Below, in pieces: positions 47,995 through 49,572 of a stretch of 49,572 nt of DNA (position 1 is the stretch's first letter; every line of letters starts with the position of its first letter). A program made the position numbers and the translations under genes. The DNA comes from Thermomicrobiales bacterium (GTDB lineage Bacteria > Chloroflexota > Chloroflexia > Thermomicrobiales > UBA6265), in assembly GCA_034667245.1 (NCBI GenBank), contig JAXDKI010000106.1, positions 1 through 49,572 on the forward strand, read 5' to 3'. A model generated the notes under the pieces. That model was not told the DNA's origin, did not search any database, and was given only the letters and a program-made list of their open reading frames with translations.

Positions 47995-49572
47995 CTATGA
48001 GTTCGTCTGACCCCTCTCCGGCGCAGGCTTCAGTGCCAGACCGACCTCGTCCAGTTGCTCGGACGGGACCGGCGAGGGCGCATCGAACATCAAGTCGATC
48101 CCGCGCTGATTCTTCGGGAACGCGATAACTTCGCGGATGTTCTCCTCACCCGCGAGCAGCATGACCGTCCGGTCGACGCCCATCGCGATCCCTCCGTGCG
48201 GGGGCGCCCCGTATTCAAGCGCGTCCAGCAGGGCGCCGAACCGCTCTTGCTGGCCCTCTTTACTGTGTCCCATCATGCTGAAGATGCGCTCCTGGTCCTC
48301 CCGCCGGTGCATGCGGACGCTGCCACCGCCGACCTCGTTGCCGTTGAGGACGAGGTCATACTGCTTGGCACGAACCGCACCCGGGTCGGTGTCGAGGAGC
48401 GGACGGTCCGACTCGAGGAAACCGGAAAAGGGATTATGGGTGGCATCCCATCGCTGGCCTTCCTCGTCCCATTCGAGTAGCGGAAATTGGTAGATCCAGC
48501 AGAAGGCAAAGACATTCGGATCGGCGAGGTTCAGCCGGTGTCCCAACTCTTCTCGCAGGGCCGAGAGCGTCTTTGCGACCACCGCTGGTAGGTCGGCGAC
48601 GATAAGCACGAGATCACCCTCGGCCGCACCGATTCCCGTCGTCAGTGCGGTAAGCTCGGCCTCGGACAGGAACTTGGCGATCGGCGACCGCACACCCTCC
48701 GGTGTGAGCGCAATCGTGGCCAGACCCTTGGCGCCACTCCGCTTCGCGAGTTCCGTCAGCTCGTCGATCTCTCGCCGGGTGTACGTCGCACACCCGGGCG
48801 CGACTAAGGCCTTCACCTGACCGCCGCCTGCGAGAACACCGGCGAACGCGTTGAACGCCGTTCCCTCGAGATCCTTCGACACGTCCCGTAGCTCCAGGCC
48901 GAACCGAAGGTCGGGCCGGTCGCTCCCGTATCGGTCCATCGCCTCCTGGTAGGTCAGGCGAGGGAAGGGGAGCTGTTGGATGTTCTTGTCCGTGTATCGC
49001 TCGGTCAACTCGACGTAGAGCCGTTCGAGCAGGGACATCACGTCCTCTTCGTCGACGAACGACATTTCGACGTCGAGCTGCGTGAATTCGGGCTGACGAT
49101 CGGCGCGCTGCGGCTCGTCACGGAAGCAGCGGGCGATCTGGAAGTACCGGTCGTAGCCGCTGATCATCAGAAGCTGCTTGAGCTGTTGCGGCGATTGCGG
49201 CAGCGCGTAGAACGTGCCGGGGAAGCCGCTGCTCGGCACCAGAAAGTCGCGTGCGCCTTCCGGCGTACTCTTGATCAGGAGAGGCGTCTCGACCTCGACG
49301 AAGCCGCGCTGATCCAGATAGTCACGCATGTGCTTCACGACTCGGTGGCGGAGGAGCACGTTGCGCTGTAGCCGGGCACGGCGGAGGTCGAGATACCGGT
49401 GCTGGAGGCGAAGACTCTCATCGACGTCCGCCTCCTCATTTACATAGAACGGAGGGGTCTTGGCAGCGTTCAAGAGCTCGACTTCGTGAGCCTCGACCTC
49501 GACCTCTCCCGTAGCCAGCTTCGGATTTATTGTGCCCTCGGGCCGATGGCGGACGAGTCCGGAAATCCGGAT
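47995..49572 (-). CDS. aspS: Aspartate--tRNA ligase, 5' part outside the window
   Basis: STPEGARDF, LPQSPQQLKQ, RCFRDE..RADRQPEFTQLD and GAPPHGGIAMGVDR motifs. Confidence 0.98.
   Translation of the reverse strand: MRISGLVRHRPEGTINPKLATGEVEVEAHEVELLNAAKTPPFYVNEEADVDESLRLQHRYLDLRRARLQRNVLLRHRVVKHMRDYLDQRGFVEVETPLLIKSTPEGARDFLVPSSGFPGTFYALPQSPQQLKQLLMISGYDRYFQIARCFRDEPQRADRQPEFTQLDVEMSFVDEEDVMSLLERLYVELTERYTDKNIQQLPFPRLTYQEAMDRYGSDRPDLRFGLELRDVSKDLEGTAFNAFAGVLAGGGQVKALVAPGCATYTRREIDELTELAKRSGAKGLATIALTPEGVRSPIAKFLSEAELTALTTGIGAAEGDLVLIVADLPAVVAKTLSALREELGHRLNLADPNVFAFCWIYQFPLLEWDEEGQRWDATHNPFSGFLESDRPLLDTDPGAVRAKQYDLVLNGNEVGGGSVRMHRREDQERIFSMMGHSKEGQQERFGALLDALEYGAPPHGGIAMGVDRTVMLLAGEENIREVIAFPKNQRGIDLMFDAPSPVPSEQLDEVGLALKPAPERGQTNS

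Noticed and set aside
1-49572. CRISPR arrays, IS elements, rRNA and frameshifted pseudogenes
   Set aside because: No regular repeat-spacer pattern, transposase motif, rRNA sequence or broken reading frame was seen by eye.

Overview
High-GC chromosomal housekeeping region, most likely from a Chloroflexota bacterium (inferred from the DUF2298/Chlor_Arch_YYY protein, the style of the hypothetical proteins and the FemX-MurE pairing). Left to right: a minus-strand operon glmS-tatD-rdgB-(degenerate CphA-like Mur ligase)-polX headed by a complete glmS ribozyme; purBCSQLF; gcvT-gcvH-gcvPA with no adjacent gcvPB; der, galE, glyA and a WecA/TagO-like transferase; rsfS; tRNA-Ile2(CAT), tRNA-Gly(TCC) and tRNA-Pro(TGG); a Tat-exported helical enzyme; a ~1500-aa GT-C/DUF2298 membrane protein; fmt, tyrA, an SH3 protein and an OCD-family enzyme; an orphan NuoE/NuoF-like pair; a DUF151 nuclease, lepB, a Ser/Thr kinase-PQQ-repeat protein and tatA; a putative operon (40-aa peptide, 576-aa unknown, HEAT protein, FemX, MurE, PD40 protein); and partial aspS. 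No mobile elements or CRISPR arrays were seen. Best leads: (1) a second RNA structure after the glmS ribozyme that can sequester the glmS SD and has an alternative pairing with the ribozyme; (2) the stand-alone NuoEF module with an NADPH-type substitution; (3) a probable ATC start codon for rsfS; (4) the degenerate CphA-like ligase; (5) the uncharacterised genes coupled to femX-murE. All family assignments come from motif recognition by eye; no database searches were run.
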